Of a DNA stretch of 55,819 bases, positions 28,046 to 39,032 are shown one piece after another. The position numbers were made by a program, and so were the translations under genes. Under the pieces are notes generated by a model. That model had not been told where the DNA came from and did not search any database. It saw only the letters and a program-made list of their open reading frames with translations. The stretch comes from a virus. Lineage: Duplodnaviria; Caudoviricetes. Within the stretch, counting starts at the first letter, position 1; every line of letters starts with the position of its first letter. The DNA is taken from positions 1 to 55,819 of the IMG/VR virus record IMGVR_UViG_3300044832_000059; one strand, written 5' to 3'.

Positions 28046-28720
28046 ATGGCAGCTTTAACAATAACTAATTTACAAACAAGTTCAAATAATGGTAACAGTG
28101 GTATTACGAGCTTCTCAACAGCGAGTCTTACTCCTGCCCCTAATCAGGCAATGTTAGTTGCTATGGCTTCTCGGGTCGCTTCTGGAACACCAAATGTACC
28201 AACGCCAAGTTTATCAGGGTGGGTTTTTAGTCAGATTAATACTGTTACATTTGGAACAAGTCGAATAACACTTTTTACTGCAATTGGTACAGGTACAGGA
28301 GCGATACTTTTTGATTTTGCAGGACAAGGACAACAGATCTTTAGTTGGTCAGTGGTGCAAGTAGGAAATGGTAAGAAATCAGGAACAGGAGGTTCTGCTG
28401 TTGCCGTACAGAGTGCTACATTTTCAAGCGGTAGTGCTTCTAGTTATACAATATCTCTTGGTGCTTTTGCGAATGTTAATAATGGTGTTTTCTCTTGCGT
28501 TGCGAAGGATGCAACAAATGATGTTGTTCCACAATCAGGATATACTGAGCTTGGAGAAGCACCTGTATCAAGTCCTAATTGGGACATTGAGTCGATGTGG
28601 AGGCCAGACAACAACCTTAATCCTCATGCAACCTTTACTGGTTCTGGTGGAGATTCGGTTGGAGCTATTGCTATTGAGGTAGCCTTTCTAGCGCCATTTT
28701 TAGGAGGAGCCATAATATAA
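28046..28720 (+). CDS. Virion structural protein (Ser/Thr/Gly-rich beta protein)
   Basis: Composition and position. Confidence 0.55.
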   Translation: MAALTITNLQTSSNNGNSGITSFSTASLTPAPNQAMLVAMASRVASGTPNVPTPSLSGWVFSQINTVTFGTSRITLFTAIGTGTGAILFDFAGQGQQIFSWSVVQVGNGKKSGTGGSAVAVQSATFSSGSASSYTISLGAFANVNNGVFSCVAKDATNDVVPQSGYTELGEAPVSSPNWDIESMWRPDNNLNPHATFTGSGGDSVGAIAIEVAFLAPFLGGAII

Positions 28721-28721
28721 T

Positions 28722-29594
28722 ATGGACCCAAATACTTTAGCATCATTACAAACAGCACTTGGGAATACTAATACCCCAAATGTCGCTGCAATGAATCCAA
28801 TGTCAGGGGCAGTCCAGTTTAATCCAAGTGATTTTAATGTTCCTGACCTTAATGCGTACTTGAAAACTGCATACGATCAATTGGCTCCGTACTATTCTAA
28901 ACTTCTTGCTCAAGCTCAGGGTGACTATGGTAATGCAATTACAATGTTACAAAATCATAAGTCAGTAGCTGATTATCAGGCTCAGGCTGAGGCTTCATTA
29001 GCTGATTATCAGCAAAATCAGATCACTCAAGCTGCACTGGAAACCTTAGGAGCAAAAATTCCTCAAGAGACGCAGCAGCTTTTGGATAGTATGAATAAGA
29101 GGGGTGTGGCTGTAACGCAAGGTCAACCAGGAGCAAATCCGACTTCCCTTAATGTTGGAACAGAAGGACAGGGTGGAACTGAGATGAAACAATTATCTTC
29201 AGATCAAACGCTTCGTCAAGAAGCTCTTAATAGATCAGCACAGCAAGCTAAACAAAATACTGCATTGACACTTCAGAGTAAGAATCAAAATGCAGCACAA
29301 ACCTTACAGGAAGGTACGTATGCACAGCAAAAGAGTTTGAGAGATACACAACAACAGGAACAGCAAAATCTTGAGTCAGGAACTATGGATCTTGCTAAGC
29401 AACAATCGGCTAATGCGCTAGCGCAGCAACAATTAAAGATGCAAGCGCAACAAAATATGAATCAATTTGGTGGAGGATCTGGTGGAGATAATACGTTTAA
29501 TAGAGCAAAGAACACTGGAACTCTTAATGGACAAACATTTACTGATATTAATGCTTGGAATAAAGCAGGAGGGAACTTTGCTAACGCAAATTAA
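28722..29594 (+). CDS. Putative ejection/internal virion protein
   Basis: Gln/Ala/Asn-rich helical protein after the tail genes. Confidence 0.55.
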   Translation: MDPNTLASLQTALGNTNTPNVAAMNPMSGAVQFNPSDFNVPDLNAYLKTAYDQLAPYYSKLLAQAQGDYGNAITMLQNHKSVADYQAQAEASLADYQQNQITQAALETLGAKIPQETQQLLDSMNKRGVAVTQGQPGANPTSLNVGTEGQGGTEMKQLSSDQTLRQEALNRSAQQAKQNTALTLQSKNQNAAQTLQEGTYAQQKSLRDTQQQEQQNLESGTMDLAKQQSANALAQQQLKMQAQQNMNQFGGGSGGDNTFNRAKNTGTLNGQTFTDINAWNKAGGNFANAN

Positions 29595-29599
29595 ATACT

Positions 29600-30952
29600 A
29601 TGGATTTACAAAAAACAGCAGATAACTATGCAGGACAAGCTACGACGATGAAGGCAGATTACCCTAACTTTCAGGCAAGAACATTGCAAGGGAATATTAA
29701 TCAAGCAGGGCTTCCTCAAGCTGCACAACAGCAGAATGTTGATTATCAAACATTTGCAAAGATGTTTCAGAGTGATCCATATGGGCAGCAGTATATGAAT
29801 CAAAACTTTAATAATGCTGGGTCAATTGGTAGTCCTACTGGCACTCCTGTGCAATCAACTGCTAGTAATGTTGTTGACAAAAGCCTTCAGGGGATTGTTC
29901 CTAACATGCCAAGCCTTCGTGATCCGAGTCTTGTCTCGACGATTCCCCAACTGACTCAACAGAATATCGGACAGGGTTTCCAGGGTTTTACCAATCCTAC
30001 TTATGCAGCAGAGGCTAGAACTCAGGATCTAAGTAATGTTTCTGGAACAATGAAAGCTATTCAGGATCTTATTGGTAATAATTGGACTGCTGCACAGAAT
30101 GCATCAAATCAAACGGATACGAATCAACTTGCAAAGATTGAAGCACTGATGAGTCTTGCTAATTATTATCAGTCAGGAGCTACTGCAAAGGCTTCTGCTT
30201 CAGGTGGTGGAGGCGGTGGTGGTACTGGTGCAACAACAGGTTCTACGAATCAAGCTGGAGGTACTTATGATGACATTGTAACTAACGTGCAAAAGGCTAA
30301 GGGTGGGAAGGCAACAAATACAGATGTTTGGAACTATATTAATCAGCACAGTGGAGCATTAAAGGATCAAGGCGTTGATGTTGGCGAATTATGGAAATTA
30401 CAAAAAGAGGCTTCAGATAAATCAGGTGGACCCCATGCTGCGATAGCAGGTGGAGTAACAGGAGATAAGTCAGCAGCATCAGCTATGTCTTCGGGAGAGA
30501 AGTCTACTATCAAGAATCTATTAGAGAAATATCTAGCAAAATGGAAAGGCATGAGTAAACTCGATAGAATTAATCCAGGGAATCCAGACTATCAATATCT
30601 TTCTAACTTACGAACAAACATGACTTCGATAATGAGAAAAGCTATTGTTGGAGGTCGTGCAAGTAATCAGGATATGACCGTAATGATGGGTGAACTACCT
30701 CCTATTGGAGTTGTTACACCGATTACAAATAAAGTGAACATTGATCCAGCCTTTGTTGATAATACGGGTGGAAATGCAAAGATTCAGGGGATATATGATT
30801 CTTTCGGAATCAATGCTACAGTAGGTGGCGATCAAGGGAGTGGAGGGGGAAGTAGTGTGGATAGACAGGGTATTGTAAGTAAATTAAAGAGTTCGGGTTA
30901 CAATGATTCTGCAATACATGAATATCTCAAAATGAAAGGAATCGATAAGTAA
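29600..30952 (+). CDS. Putative ejection/internal virion protein
   Basis: Gln/Asn/Gly-rich; podovirus-like position. Confidence 0.55.
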   Translation: MDLQKTADNYAGQATTMKADYPNFQARTLQGNINQAGLPQAAQQQNVDYQTFAKMFQSDPYGQQYMNQNFNNAGSIGSPTGTPVQSTASNVVDKSLQGIVPNMPSLRDPSLVSTIPQLTQQNIGQGFQGFTNPTYAAEARTQDLSNVSGTMKAIQDLIGNNWTAAQNASNQTDTNQLAKIEALMSLANYYQSGATAKASASGGGGGGGTGATTGSTNQAGGTYDDIVTNVQKAKGGKATNTDVWNYINQHSGALKDQGVDVGELWKLQKEASDKSGGPHAAIAGGVTGDKSAASAMSSGEKSTIKNLLEKYLAKWKGMSKLDRINPGNPDYQYLSNLRTNMTSIMRKAIVGGRASNQDMTVMMGELPPIGVVTPITNKVNIDPAFVDNTGGNAKIQGIYDSFGINATVGGDQGSGGGSSVDRQGIVSKLKSSGYNDSAIHEYLKMKGIDK

Positions 30953-32415
30953 TGTTAGACCCAAAACAAATTTCACATATGGATCAAGTAACTGGTCTAG
31001 GCAAAGCTCAAGTAAGTGCAATGGATAAAGTTGTACAGCAGAAGAAACAACCACAAACTCCTGAAGATAAAGTAACAGGAATGGGCAAGACAGTGCTTAA
31101 TACTACCCAGGGTATTGGAGGGTTTCTTAATTCGATTGGTTTAGGTGGGGCAGTAGATATCGCTGCGAATACACCTGTTGCTCAAGAGATACAGAGTGCA
31201 AGCGGTGTAAATCCTCTTGAAAATTCTCAACTCATGAAGGATAAGATGAAGAATCCTTTACTGTCGGGTGCTCAGGATGTTGTCGGTGCAGCATCATGGA
31301 TGGTTCCAGAAACGAAAGCATTACAAGCAGTCCCAATGGTAGGAAAAACACTTAACGCAGCAAGAGCAGTTCCATATGTAGGAAAGGCTGTTAATCCTCT
31401 CTTGAACGTTGCAAAAGGCGCAATGCAGGGAGGGTTACAAAATGCTTCGCAGCAAGGGGCTACTCCTGATTCGATTATGAATAGTGCAGAGATGGGAGGG
31501 TTTGAAAATCCTCTGCTGTCGCTTGGAGGAAAGTTGGCAACTAAAGGGTTTCAGAGTGCAGGGAAAGCTATTATGGGTAATGTTATTAATCCATTAACAA
31601 AGAATGCTCCAGGGTGGGCTGCGGAAAAGGGTAAGGCAATTCAAGCTATTGCTGATTCCACAGGTGGAGCAATTACGCATGGAAGCATTGATAAACATTT
31701 AACAGACAATTTGACTAGAATAACAAATGAGATCAAAGATAAATTGGGTAAATATAAAGGGAATAATTTTAATGTTAATAATTTGGTTAGTAATATCGAA
31801 GATCATCTGGGTTCAAATGTTGCAGGATATGTAAAACCAGAATTGAAACTGAAATCATCAGGGAGGGGGCAACAGTCCAAGCCTGAACATGATATGGTTA
31901 ATCAATTTCATACTCTTATGAGTAAGTTTGCTGAGCACGGAATAGGGAAAAATTCGAGAAAAATAAAAACAGAGATAACTCCATTAAATTTTTTTAAGTT
32001 AAAGCAGGAATGGGGAAAGGTGTTGAGTGGTAGTGGAGTTTGGAATAGACAAGAGCCAAGTGTGGCGGATAATACGGGAAAGGCAATTTATGGATATCTG
32101 AAGGATGCAATGACCAAGAATATTGATCCTTCTATTGCAAAGGCAACAGAGATTGAGCATCAATTGTTCGATGTAAGTCATGGCAATTTTAAGGGGGGGA
32201 ATAGGTCACAAAGTATGGATATGGGTAGTATGGGTAGTATTATCAATACTTTAGCAGGAATGAGGGATTTTCCTCAGATGGCTGCTGGTCGAGTATTATA
32301 TGGGGCAGGGAAACTTAATGAGAAAGCAACGCCTCCACCCGTGCAGAAGATATTGCAGCAGCTCGGAATTAGTTTACCTAATAATGCGCTGAATCTTCCA
32401 GGGGGAACTCAATGA
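30952..32415 (+). CDS. Putative ejection/DNA transfer protein
   Basis: Gly/Ala-rich amphipathic N-terminal half; TAATG coupling. Confidence 0.55.
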   Translation: MLDPKQISHMDQVTGLGKAQVSAMDKVVQQKKQPQTPEDKVTGMGKTVLNTTQGIGGFLNSIGLGGAVDIAANTPVAQEIQSASGVNPLENSQLMKDKMKNPLLSGAQDVVGAASWMVPETKALQAVPMVGKTLNAARAVPYVGKAVNPLLNVAKGAMQGGLQNASQQGATPDSIMNSAEMGGFENPLLSLGGKLATKGFQSAGKAIMGNVINPLTKNAPGWAAEKGKAIQAIADSTGGAITHGSIDKHLTDNLTRITNEIKDKLGKYKGNNFNVNNLVSNIEDHLGSNVAGYVKPELKLKSSGRGQQSKPEHDMVNQFHTLMSKFAEHGIGKNSRKIKTEITPLNFFKLKQEWGKVLSGSGVWNRQEPSVADNTGKAIYGYLKDAMTKNIDPSIAKATEIEHQLFDVSHGNFKGGNRSQSMDMGSMGSIINTLAGMRDFPQMAAGRVLYGAGKLNEKATPPPVQKILQQLGISLPNNALNLPGGTQ

Positions 32416-32741
32416 AACGGCCAATAGCTTCTGATTTTGATGGTACGTATGATGCTCACCCAGAGATATGGGGGCAGGTTAATATTATTATTACAGGTAA
32501 CCCTTGGGATAAGTACGAAAGCGTTATGAACCGCTGGGTAGGTCCAGAGAAACCTATTTACTTTAACCCTGCACCTCCTGATGGAAATGTTATGGCAATA
32601 ATCTCTCATAAGGCAGATATTTTAAATAAGACAAAAGCACGTAAGTTTTATGAGGATCAACAGGAGCAAGTTGATATTCTTAAGATTATGGCTCCAGAAT
32701 GTGAAATCATACTTGTCAAAGAGGGTTCAACTTTTATATAA
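32412..32741 (+). CDS. Minimal HAD-superfamily hydrolase
   Basis: ASDFDGT motif I, IITG motif II, K, FYED motif IV. Confidence 0.75.
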   Translation: MKRPIASDFDGTYDAHPEIWGQVNIIITGNPWDKYESVMNRWVGPEKPIYFNPAPPDGNVMAIISHKADILNKTKARKFYEDQQEQVDILKIMAPECEIILVKEGSTFI

Positions 32742-32748
32742 GTAAAAT

Positions 32749-34071
32749 ATGACATATTTAATATTATCACCCATCGCTCTCTCTCTTTTCCTTGTTAATA
32801 GGCTGGGAACCTCTAAGTCTGTTGATAAGGTTTATTTCTGGGTGGGAGACCCTTCTCTTCGTGCCACAGGTAAGCACATGGAGGACTACGAGGGGTATGA
32901 GAAGCTAGAGCTTGTTGATGACTACAATGAGGTGCTAAATGAGGAATCTAAGGATAATTTAATAATCTTTATTGATGATATTGGCATGGGAGAAACGGGG
33001 CATAGTCTTAGAAAGCAAGGATGGTCTGTTATCGGTGGCTCTCCTTTCGCAGACAAGATAGAAGATGAACGAGGTTATGCTCAGGAGGTTGTTCAGGGAA
33101 TCATGGAGGTCCCTGAAACATATGAGTTTGAGAGTTTTGATGATGGAATGAAATTTGCAAAGACCAGGAGTAAGGATGAGGTGTTCTTTTTTAAGCCAAA
33201 TGACTCACAAGTACCAAAAGATTATACGTATCGAGCGAAGAATATCAAGGATCTTGTCTCTGCACTCAAGAATTTCAAGGATGAATGGAAGTGGAAGGAA
33301 TCATTTCAGCTTCAGATGGAAGTTAAGGGGCAACTCATGGACTTCTCTTGTTTTATTGACAAGAATGGACAAATTCTTCCTAACTCTTTGATCTATTACT
33401 TTGAGAATAAGCCACTTATGAATGATGATGTTGGGCCACAAACAGGAGGAGCTATTGCTGTTGAATACGCTCACAAATTGGAAGGACAGTTTTATGAGAT
33501 CTTTCAAAAGCTCTTACCAAAACTGACAAGTGATGGCTATTATGGACAGATTGCTATCAACTGTATCATTGATGAAGAGACGAAGAAACCATACTTTTTA
33601 GAGTTTTGTGGTAGGGTTGGCTATCCTTCTCTTCCGGCAGACGTTACTTTGGTTGAGGATAAAGGAAAAACGGTTCACGACCTATTCCTGGCACTAGTTA
33701 CAGGTAGTCTGCCAAATCTCTTCCCAACCAATAAAATCGCAACAACGATCTGGATTGGTATTCCTCCATATCCTTTTAAGGAGGGGACAGATAAGAACAA
33801 GGGTGTGCCTATTTCCTGGGATAAGAAGTATGATAGCTACTTTTTCCCTTATTACGTGATGCATGATGAGAAGAAAGGTTTGGTTGCAGCAGGAGTTGGA
33901 GGGGAGATATTGCAAATTACTTGTTGTGATGTAACATTGAATGGTGCGGTATCGATGCTGATGGACACGTATCTTCCAACACTAAGACTCAAGAATGCAA
34001 TGTATCGAACGGACCTAGGCAAGGATGCACGAGATAGAATGAAGAAGTTGCAGGAGTGGAAAATTATATGA
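32749..34071 (+). CDS. PurD-like ATP-grasp ligase
   Basis: IGGS..ADKIEDER, FFKP, FENKPLMNDDVGPQTG, YFLEFCGRVGYP, MYRTDLG. Confidence 0.8.
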   Translation: MTYLILSPIALSLFLVNRLGTSKSVDKVYFWVGDPSLRATGKHMEDYEGYEKLELVDDYNEVLNEESKDNLIIFIDDIGMGETGHSLRKQGWSVIGGSPFADKIEDERGYAQEVVQGIMEVPETYEFESFDDGMKFAKTRSKDEVFFFKPNDSQVPKDYTYRAKNIKDLVSALKNFKDEWKWKESFQLQMEVKGQLMDFSCFIDKNGQILPNSLIYYFENKPLMNDDVGPQTGGAIAVEYAHKLEGQFYEIFQKLLPKLTSDGYYGQIAINCIIDEETKKPYFLEFCGRVGYPSLPADVTLVEDKGKTVHDLFLALVTGSLPNLFPTNKIATTIWIGIPPYPFKEGTDKNKGVPISWDKKYDSYFFPYYVMHDEKKGLVAAGVGGEILQITCCDVTLNGAVSMLMDTYLPTLRLKNAMYRTDLGKDARDRMKKLQEWKII

Positions 34072-34472
34072 GTAAAAAAATATTTGGAAGAGAATTGCTA
34101 GTTGATGCATATGGATGCAATGTTGAGGCTTTAAATAGCCTTGATATCTGTGCTGCTTTCTTAAAACAAGCAGTTGTTGTTCTTGAGGTATCGGAGCAAT
34201 CACCTCCCTTTGTCTTTGTCTCTCCTTTAAAGGGGCCACATGGCGAAGATTGGGCTGATAAAGCAGGTATATCAGGATGGATTCCACTTATTGAATCGGG
34301 TATACAAATTCATACGCTTACACCAAAGAAATTCTTATCAGTTGATTATTATACTTGCAGTAAGGTTGATGAGGGAGTTAAAAGGAAGCTCCTTGAGCTT
34401 GTTAAAGAGTATTTTCATCCAATAGTTATGGATTCCCAACTTATTGATCGAGGAGTGGACTATTATGATTGA
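34068..34472 (+). CDS. speD: S-adenosylmethionine decarboxylase-like pyruvoyl proenzyme
   Basis: FGRELLVDAYGC, GISG..PLIESGIQIHT (E-S self-cleavage site), SVDYYTCS. Confidence 0.85.
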   Translation: MSKKIFGRELLVDAYGCNVEALNSLDICAAFLKQAVVVLEVSEQSPPFVFVSPLKGPHGEDWADKAGISGWIPLIESGIQIHTLTPKKFLSVDYYTCSKVDEGVKRKLLELVKEYFHPIVMDSQLIDRGVDYYD

Positions 34473-35376
34473 CCAAATAGCGAGAGCTAGACTCAGAGAG
34501 GCACAGCAACAGAAAGCTCTTATTAATGGTATTAAGAGTGCTGTTTCTAGTAATTCTCCGAGTAAAGATGATATTGAGATGGAAGCATTATCAAATGCCC
34601 CTTTTAAAGAGGTTCTTCGTCTTGCATCAAGAAAAGATGGAGAGAAAGAGCTTCTTTCTTTGACGAATAAGATCGGTCAGGCAATAGCAAAGGTGTATCA
34701 AAAGATCCCTGCGAATATTGTTCTTCCAAAGATATTTCAAGTACAAGGAGACGTTACGGCAACAGTTGTCTCGACTCCTGATCTAAAGATAACTAATCTT
34801 TCTGATCTACAACCATACTTTGCTGCTCTTGAAAAGAGATTAGGACAAATGGCAACTGCGATAAGTATGATTGCTACGACTCCACCTCCAATGCAAAAAG
34901 ACATTAAGTTCCCTGAATTTGATACAAAACCTCTCATTGAAGCTATTAATAACATTCCAAAGGGAAAAGACAGTGGTAGCTCAGATCTTATTGATAAGTT
35001 GGTTGATATAGAAGAAGGTATCGCTGCTCTCTATAATAAGCCTCAGATGACTCCTAATCCTGTGACTCATGTTTCTTTGAATGCTCTTAACGGGACATTA
35101 AAGACAAGTAATATTCAATTAGGTTCAACAGTGACAGCAATGCCAGCAGTTGCGTTAGTTAATAGGAGAGCATTGCAAATGTATAACAATGGATCAAATA
35201 CTATCTACTTTGGAGGATCTAATGTTTCAAGCTCTAATGGTATTCCTGTTTCATCAGGAGCATTCAGCGATATCCTTGCGTTTGGGCAGAATATTTCAGT
35301 TTATGCTATATCAGGAGCAGGACAAAATAATGATATACGAGTTCTCGAAGTAAGTGACGAAGCTTCAGGAAGGTAA
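34465..35376 (+). CDS. Virion-associated protein with C-terminal beta domain
   Basis: C-terminus NRRALQMYNNGSNTIYFGGS.V.SSNGIPV is a common phage structural motif. Confidence 0.6.
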   Translation: MIDQIARARLREAQQQKALINGIKSAVSSNSPSKDDIEMEALSNAPFKEVLRLASRKDGEKELLSLTNKIGQAIAKVYQKIPANIVLPKIFQVQGDVTATVVSTPDLKITNLSDLQPYFAALEKRLGQMATAISMIATTPPPMQKDIKFPEFDTKPLIEAINNIPKGKDSGSSDLIDKLVDIEEGIAALYNKPQMTPNPVTHVSLNALNGTLKTSNIQLGSTVTAMPAVALVNRRALQMYNNGSNTIYFGGSNVSSSNGIPVSSGAFSDILAFGQNISVYAISGAGQNNDIRVLEVSDEASGR

Positions 35377-35378
35377 TT

Positions 35379-36632
35379 ATGAACGGAATTGGAACACCAG
35401 CTATACCATCAACGGGAGGGGGAGGAGTTGCCTCAAGTGTAACGGTAACTAATTTTCCTGCAACACAGCCTGTTTCTGGTACAGTTACAGCAAATCAAGG
35501 CACAGCTAATGCTACTCCTTGGAATGAAAATATTACTCAAGTCAAAGGAGTTGCAATAAGTACTGGTGGAGGTAGTGTTGACAGCGGAACTCTTCGAGTA
35601 TTTCTTGCATATGACCAATCTGTTGTCCCTGTAGCTGGAGCTATTGGCTCAGGAGGGGCAAATAGTGGTAATCCTTTAAAAATAGGTAGTGTTTTTAATA
35701 CAACTCAGCCAACAGTAACAAATGGTCAAATAGTTGACCAACAATCCACTGCAAGAGGAGCTTTGATCGTTGGCACAGGCGTGGATACGTTTAATGCCAC
35801 GATTAACGCAGCTCTTCCAGCAGGAACCAATCTTATCGGTAAAGTTGGTATTGACCAGACAACTCCTGGTACAACAAATGGAATTGTAGCAAAAGATGCA
35901 AGTAATACGGCTATCTTTGGGACTGCTGCTGCAATGGCTGATTCTACAGCAAATCCTACACTCGGAAGCAACCAAGCCTATTTAATGGCATTTAATGGTT
36001 CTACTTGGGATAGGTTGCATGATCTATTCTTAACTTCTGATGGTCAAGGAGTTCAGACGGGTTTATTTACACTACCTCAAAACCTTGTCTTTAATGGATC
36101 TACCTGGGATCGAATGAGGGGGAATACTACTGCTACTTTCGCTCAAGGAACAGTTGCTACCAATGTAGCTATTACAGCTAACCCTATGAATCTGGGAGCA
36201 CAAGCAGTTAGTAGCGAAAATGCAGCAGTGACAACAGCAAGGCAAGTTCAGCTTGTAGCTGACTTGGTAGGTAAACTTATTGTTCTTCCTTATGCAAATC
36301 CCGAGAACTTTGTATCAGGTGCAATTACCAGTGCCATGACAGGAACAACGAGTACTTCACTTATTGCTGCTCCAGCTTCAGGCCTTCGTAACTATATCAC
36401 CCAAATTACGGTGAGTAACGCTCACGCTACTGTAGGTACAGATATGATTGTTCAAGATGGTTCAGGAGGAACGACACTCTATACCATTCCAGCAGCAGCA
36501 GTTTACGGTGGTGCTGCTATTACTTTTCCAACGCCATTAAGACAACCGACTACGGCTACTGCTATTTTTATTGCCAATGTAACCACAGGTGCAAGCACCA
36601 AAGCATCAGCCTCAGGATATAAGGGAATTTAA
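35379..36632 (+). CDS. Tail/capsid fibre-like protein
   Basis: VTNFPATQPVSGTVT, LPAGTNLIGKV, and a repeated FNGSTWDR motif. Confidence 0.65.
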   Translation: MNGIGTPAIPSTGGGGVASSVTVTNFPATQPVSGTVTANQGTANATPWNENITQVKGVAISTGGGSVDSGTLRVFLAYDQSVVPVAGAIGSGGANSGNPLKIGSVFNTTQPTVTNGQIVDQQSTARGALIVGTGVDTFNATINAALPAGTNLIGKVGIDQTTPGTTNGIVAKDASNTAIFGTAAAMADSTANPTLGSNQAYLMAFNGSTWDRLHDLFLTSDGQGVQTGLFTLPQNLVFNGSTWDRMRGNTTATFAQGTVATNVAITANPMNLGAQAVSSENAAVTTARQVQLVADLVGKLIVLPYANPENFVSGAITSAMTGTTSTSLIAAPASGLRNYITQITVSNAHATVGTDMIVQDGSGGTTLYTIPAAAVYGGAAITFPTPLRQPTTATAIFIANVTTGASTKASASGYKGI

Positions 36633-36634
36633 GT

Positions 36635-38521
36635 ATGGCATTTACAAAGAAATTCTATTTAAACGATGCAGCTTCCACGTATAGTCCAGCTGTTGCAAAA
36701 GGCGCATGGGATGATGTAACAGGTCAGCCCAACATAGGTGACGCAGGAGAATTGCCAACTGGTGCATATACAACCATTGGAATCGCTGAAACTTCTGTTA
36801 CAAATAATTGGGACGTTCTTATTGCTACATTTGTTACAGCAACACTCGCAAACAATGTGAGCTTTAAGACAAGTGATGTAGTAACAGGCGTATTATCGGT
36901 ACTGGAATCAAACGCAGCAGCGAATGACTTTACACATATTCATATCTGGGTAACAACAGGAAACACCGATACAGTACGAGGAACACTTTTAAATGATTCT
37001 ATTAGCGCAACTGAATGGCCGACAACAACTGCAGGACAAAACATTGGGACATTAAGCCTCACAAATAACGTCAATGCACTTGCTGGGGATCACATTGTTA
37101 TTGAGATCGGTTATCGAGCAGTAAACACGAGTTCTACTAGCTTTACTGGTACGCTTGGATTTGGTACGAATGATACAGCAGGAATTGACTTGACCGATGG
37201 TGATGCTACTGTTACCACTCATCCTTCATGGGTTGAATTCTCAACTGATTTTGGTCCTGAAGTGGTACTGCTTGGTTCACTCTTTGATACTAATTCAGGA
37301 ACACATACAGTCACAGCAACTCCCCAGCCAAATGATCTTATTGTTATCGTTACAGGATCAACAGGTAATACTGCTGACACTACGCCTACAGACAATAATA
37401 CGCATGGAGGAGTGTATACACAGATTGTTAATCCACTTAAAAATAGCAGCGCTGATAAAATGGCTGCTTATGTAAGAACTGAATTTATCCAGTATAAAGT
37501 CTCAACTGTTTTTACTCATGCACCAGGCGCATCAACGGGTGGAGGACTATCGGTGTATGCGGTTCGTGGTATGGCAAAAGTAGGAAGTGGAGCCATTAAG
37601 CAATCGGCCTCGCAAGCTGCTCAGGCATCGGGTACTCCTGCACCGACATTTGGTGCTTCTGTTCTTACTGGAAATCCTGTTATTAGTGCTATCTTTAATG
37701 GTACGAATCCAGGTGGTATTACAGCAAAGTCTGGCTATACTAGGGACGTAAATACAGGGTATGCAACGCCTACTACGGGGTTTGATTCGATGCACCAAAA
37801 CTCAGGAGAAACAGGAACAGCAATCACATGGGGTAGTTCTTCAGCTTCGGCATTCTGCTCTTTGGCGATAGAACTCGATATGAGTATTACGACACTTCAA
37901 AATCAGACTGATACATTCCCAGGATCATCCCTTGACGCTACAAAATGGTACGATAATACTCAGGCAGGTGGAACGCAAACTGTTGCAGCAAATACAGTAG
38001 TACTTACCGCACCTCTTTTAACAGCAGGGGCACTCGCTGAGATAGAATCACAAAAACGATATGATTTAACGGGAAGTTATGCACTTGCTCAAGCGGTTGT
38101 CACACAAGTTGCCAATATTAATGCTGAGGCAGGATTAACTGCTTATCATGATGAATATGGGAATCAGTTACAATTAATCGTTGATAACGGTAATTTAGTA
38201 GGAGGTTATCAAATAGCAGGAGCCACAACCAATGTTGCCACTATTGCCTATAACTCCTCAACAATGGCATGGTGGAGGATACGAGAATCAGCAGGAACAA
38301 TCTTTTTTGATTACAGTTCTGATGGCATTACTTGGACAAATTTGGGGAGTTTTTCGGCCTCCTTAATTCCTTGGGGAATAACACTTGTTCGCACTTCGGT
38401 TCTTGCCTATGATGGTGTGTCTAGTGCAACTGCTGAGGTAGGTACATTCTCAAATTTTAATAATGCACCAGCGTCAACTACTGTCTCGCCCCGTAAGGCT
38501 CTTCTTGGTGTGGGATTATGA
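36635..38521 (+). CDS. Multi-domain virion appendage / receptor-binding protein with lectin-like C-terminus
   Basis: Thr/Gly-rich; C-terminal WWRIRESAGTIFFDYSSDGITWT (ConA-like). Confidence 0.6.
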   Translation: MAFTKKFYLNDAASTYSPAVAKGAWDDVTGQPNIGDAGELPTGAYTTIGIAETSVTNNWDVLIATFVTATLANNVSFKTSDVVTGVLSVLESNAAANDFTHIHIWVTTGNTDTVRGTLLNDSISATEWPTTTAGQNIGTLSLTNNVNALAGDHIVIEIGYRAVNTSSTSFTGTLGFGTNDTAGIDLTDGDATVTTHPSWVEFSTDFGPEVVLLGSLFDTNSGTHTVTATPQPNDLIVIVTGSTGNTADTTPTDNNTHGGVYTQIVNPLKNSSADKMAAYVRTEFIQYKVSTVFTHAPGASTGGGLSVYAVRGMAKVGSGAIKQSASQAAQASGTPAPTFGASVLTGNPVISAIFNGTNPGGITAKSGYTRDVNTGYATPTTGFDSMHQNSGETGTAITWGSSSASAFCSLAIELDMSITTLQNQTDTFPGSSLDATKWYDNTQAGGTQTVAANTVVLTAPLLTAGALAEIESQKRYDLTGSYALAQAVVTQVANINAEAGLTAYHDEYGNQLQLIVDNGNLVGGYQIAGATTNVATIAYNSSTMAWWRIRESAGTIFFDYSSDGITWTNLGSFSASLIPWGITLVRTSVLAYDGVSSATAEVGTFSNFNNAPASTTVSPRKALLGVGL

Positions 38522-38565
38522 ATAATGTATATTTAATGCTATAATATGGAAGAGGGTGATTATTT

Positions 38566-38745
38566 GTGAATAACTATGTATTAACACAAGAGCAGGGAGA
38601 TAAAATCATTACATATCTTACTACTCAGCCATATAAGGATGTTGTAGGTATTATTGAAATATTGAAAACATTGCCTGTTGTTACAATTCAACAGGAACAA
38701 CCAAAAGAAGTAACACTTGAAACAGAAGCACCTCCTGAAGCGTAA
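38566..38745 (+). CDS. Small phage protein (59 aa, GTG start)
   Basis: SD GAGGGTG; YLTTQPYKDVVGII motif. Confidence 0.5.
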   Translation: MNNYVLTQEQGDKIITYLTTQPYKDVVGIIEILKTLPVVTIQQEQPKEVTLETEAPPEA

Positions 38746-38747
38746 GA

Positions 38748-39029
38748 TTATTTAACGAAGAACCTCAGTAATATCTCGACAGTAACTATAACCCCAACAC
38801 CTGTATAGACAAGTCGTGTGAGTGATTCAACTACCTTCTCTAACGCTTGTAGTTGTGCCTTGGTAGCCACATCTCCTCGTAATTCGTTTAGCAAATCGAA
38901 TCTTTTTTCTGCTGCAACCTCTGTTTTTTGATTTTCTGCTTTTACTGCAATAAGTGCGGCATTGAGGGCTTTATCTTTTTCCTCCAATATCTTTTCAAAA
39001 TATTCCCTGAGGCTTATATACTCTTTCAT
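38748..39029 (-). CDS. Coiled-coil protein with C-terminal TM helix
   Basis: ORF track. Confidence 0.6.
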   Translation of the reverse strand: MKEYISLREYFEKILEEKDKALNAALIAVKAENQKTEVAAEKRFDLLNELRGDVATKAQLQALEKVVESLTRLVYTGVGVIVTVEILLRFFVK

Positions 39030-39032
39030 ACT

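Noticed and set aside
32749-34071. Bona fide purD
   Set aside because: It lacks the GxGGREH N-terminal motif and any pur context, so it is kept as PurD-like only.
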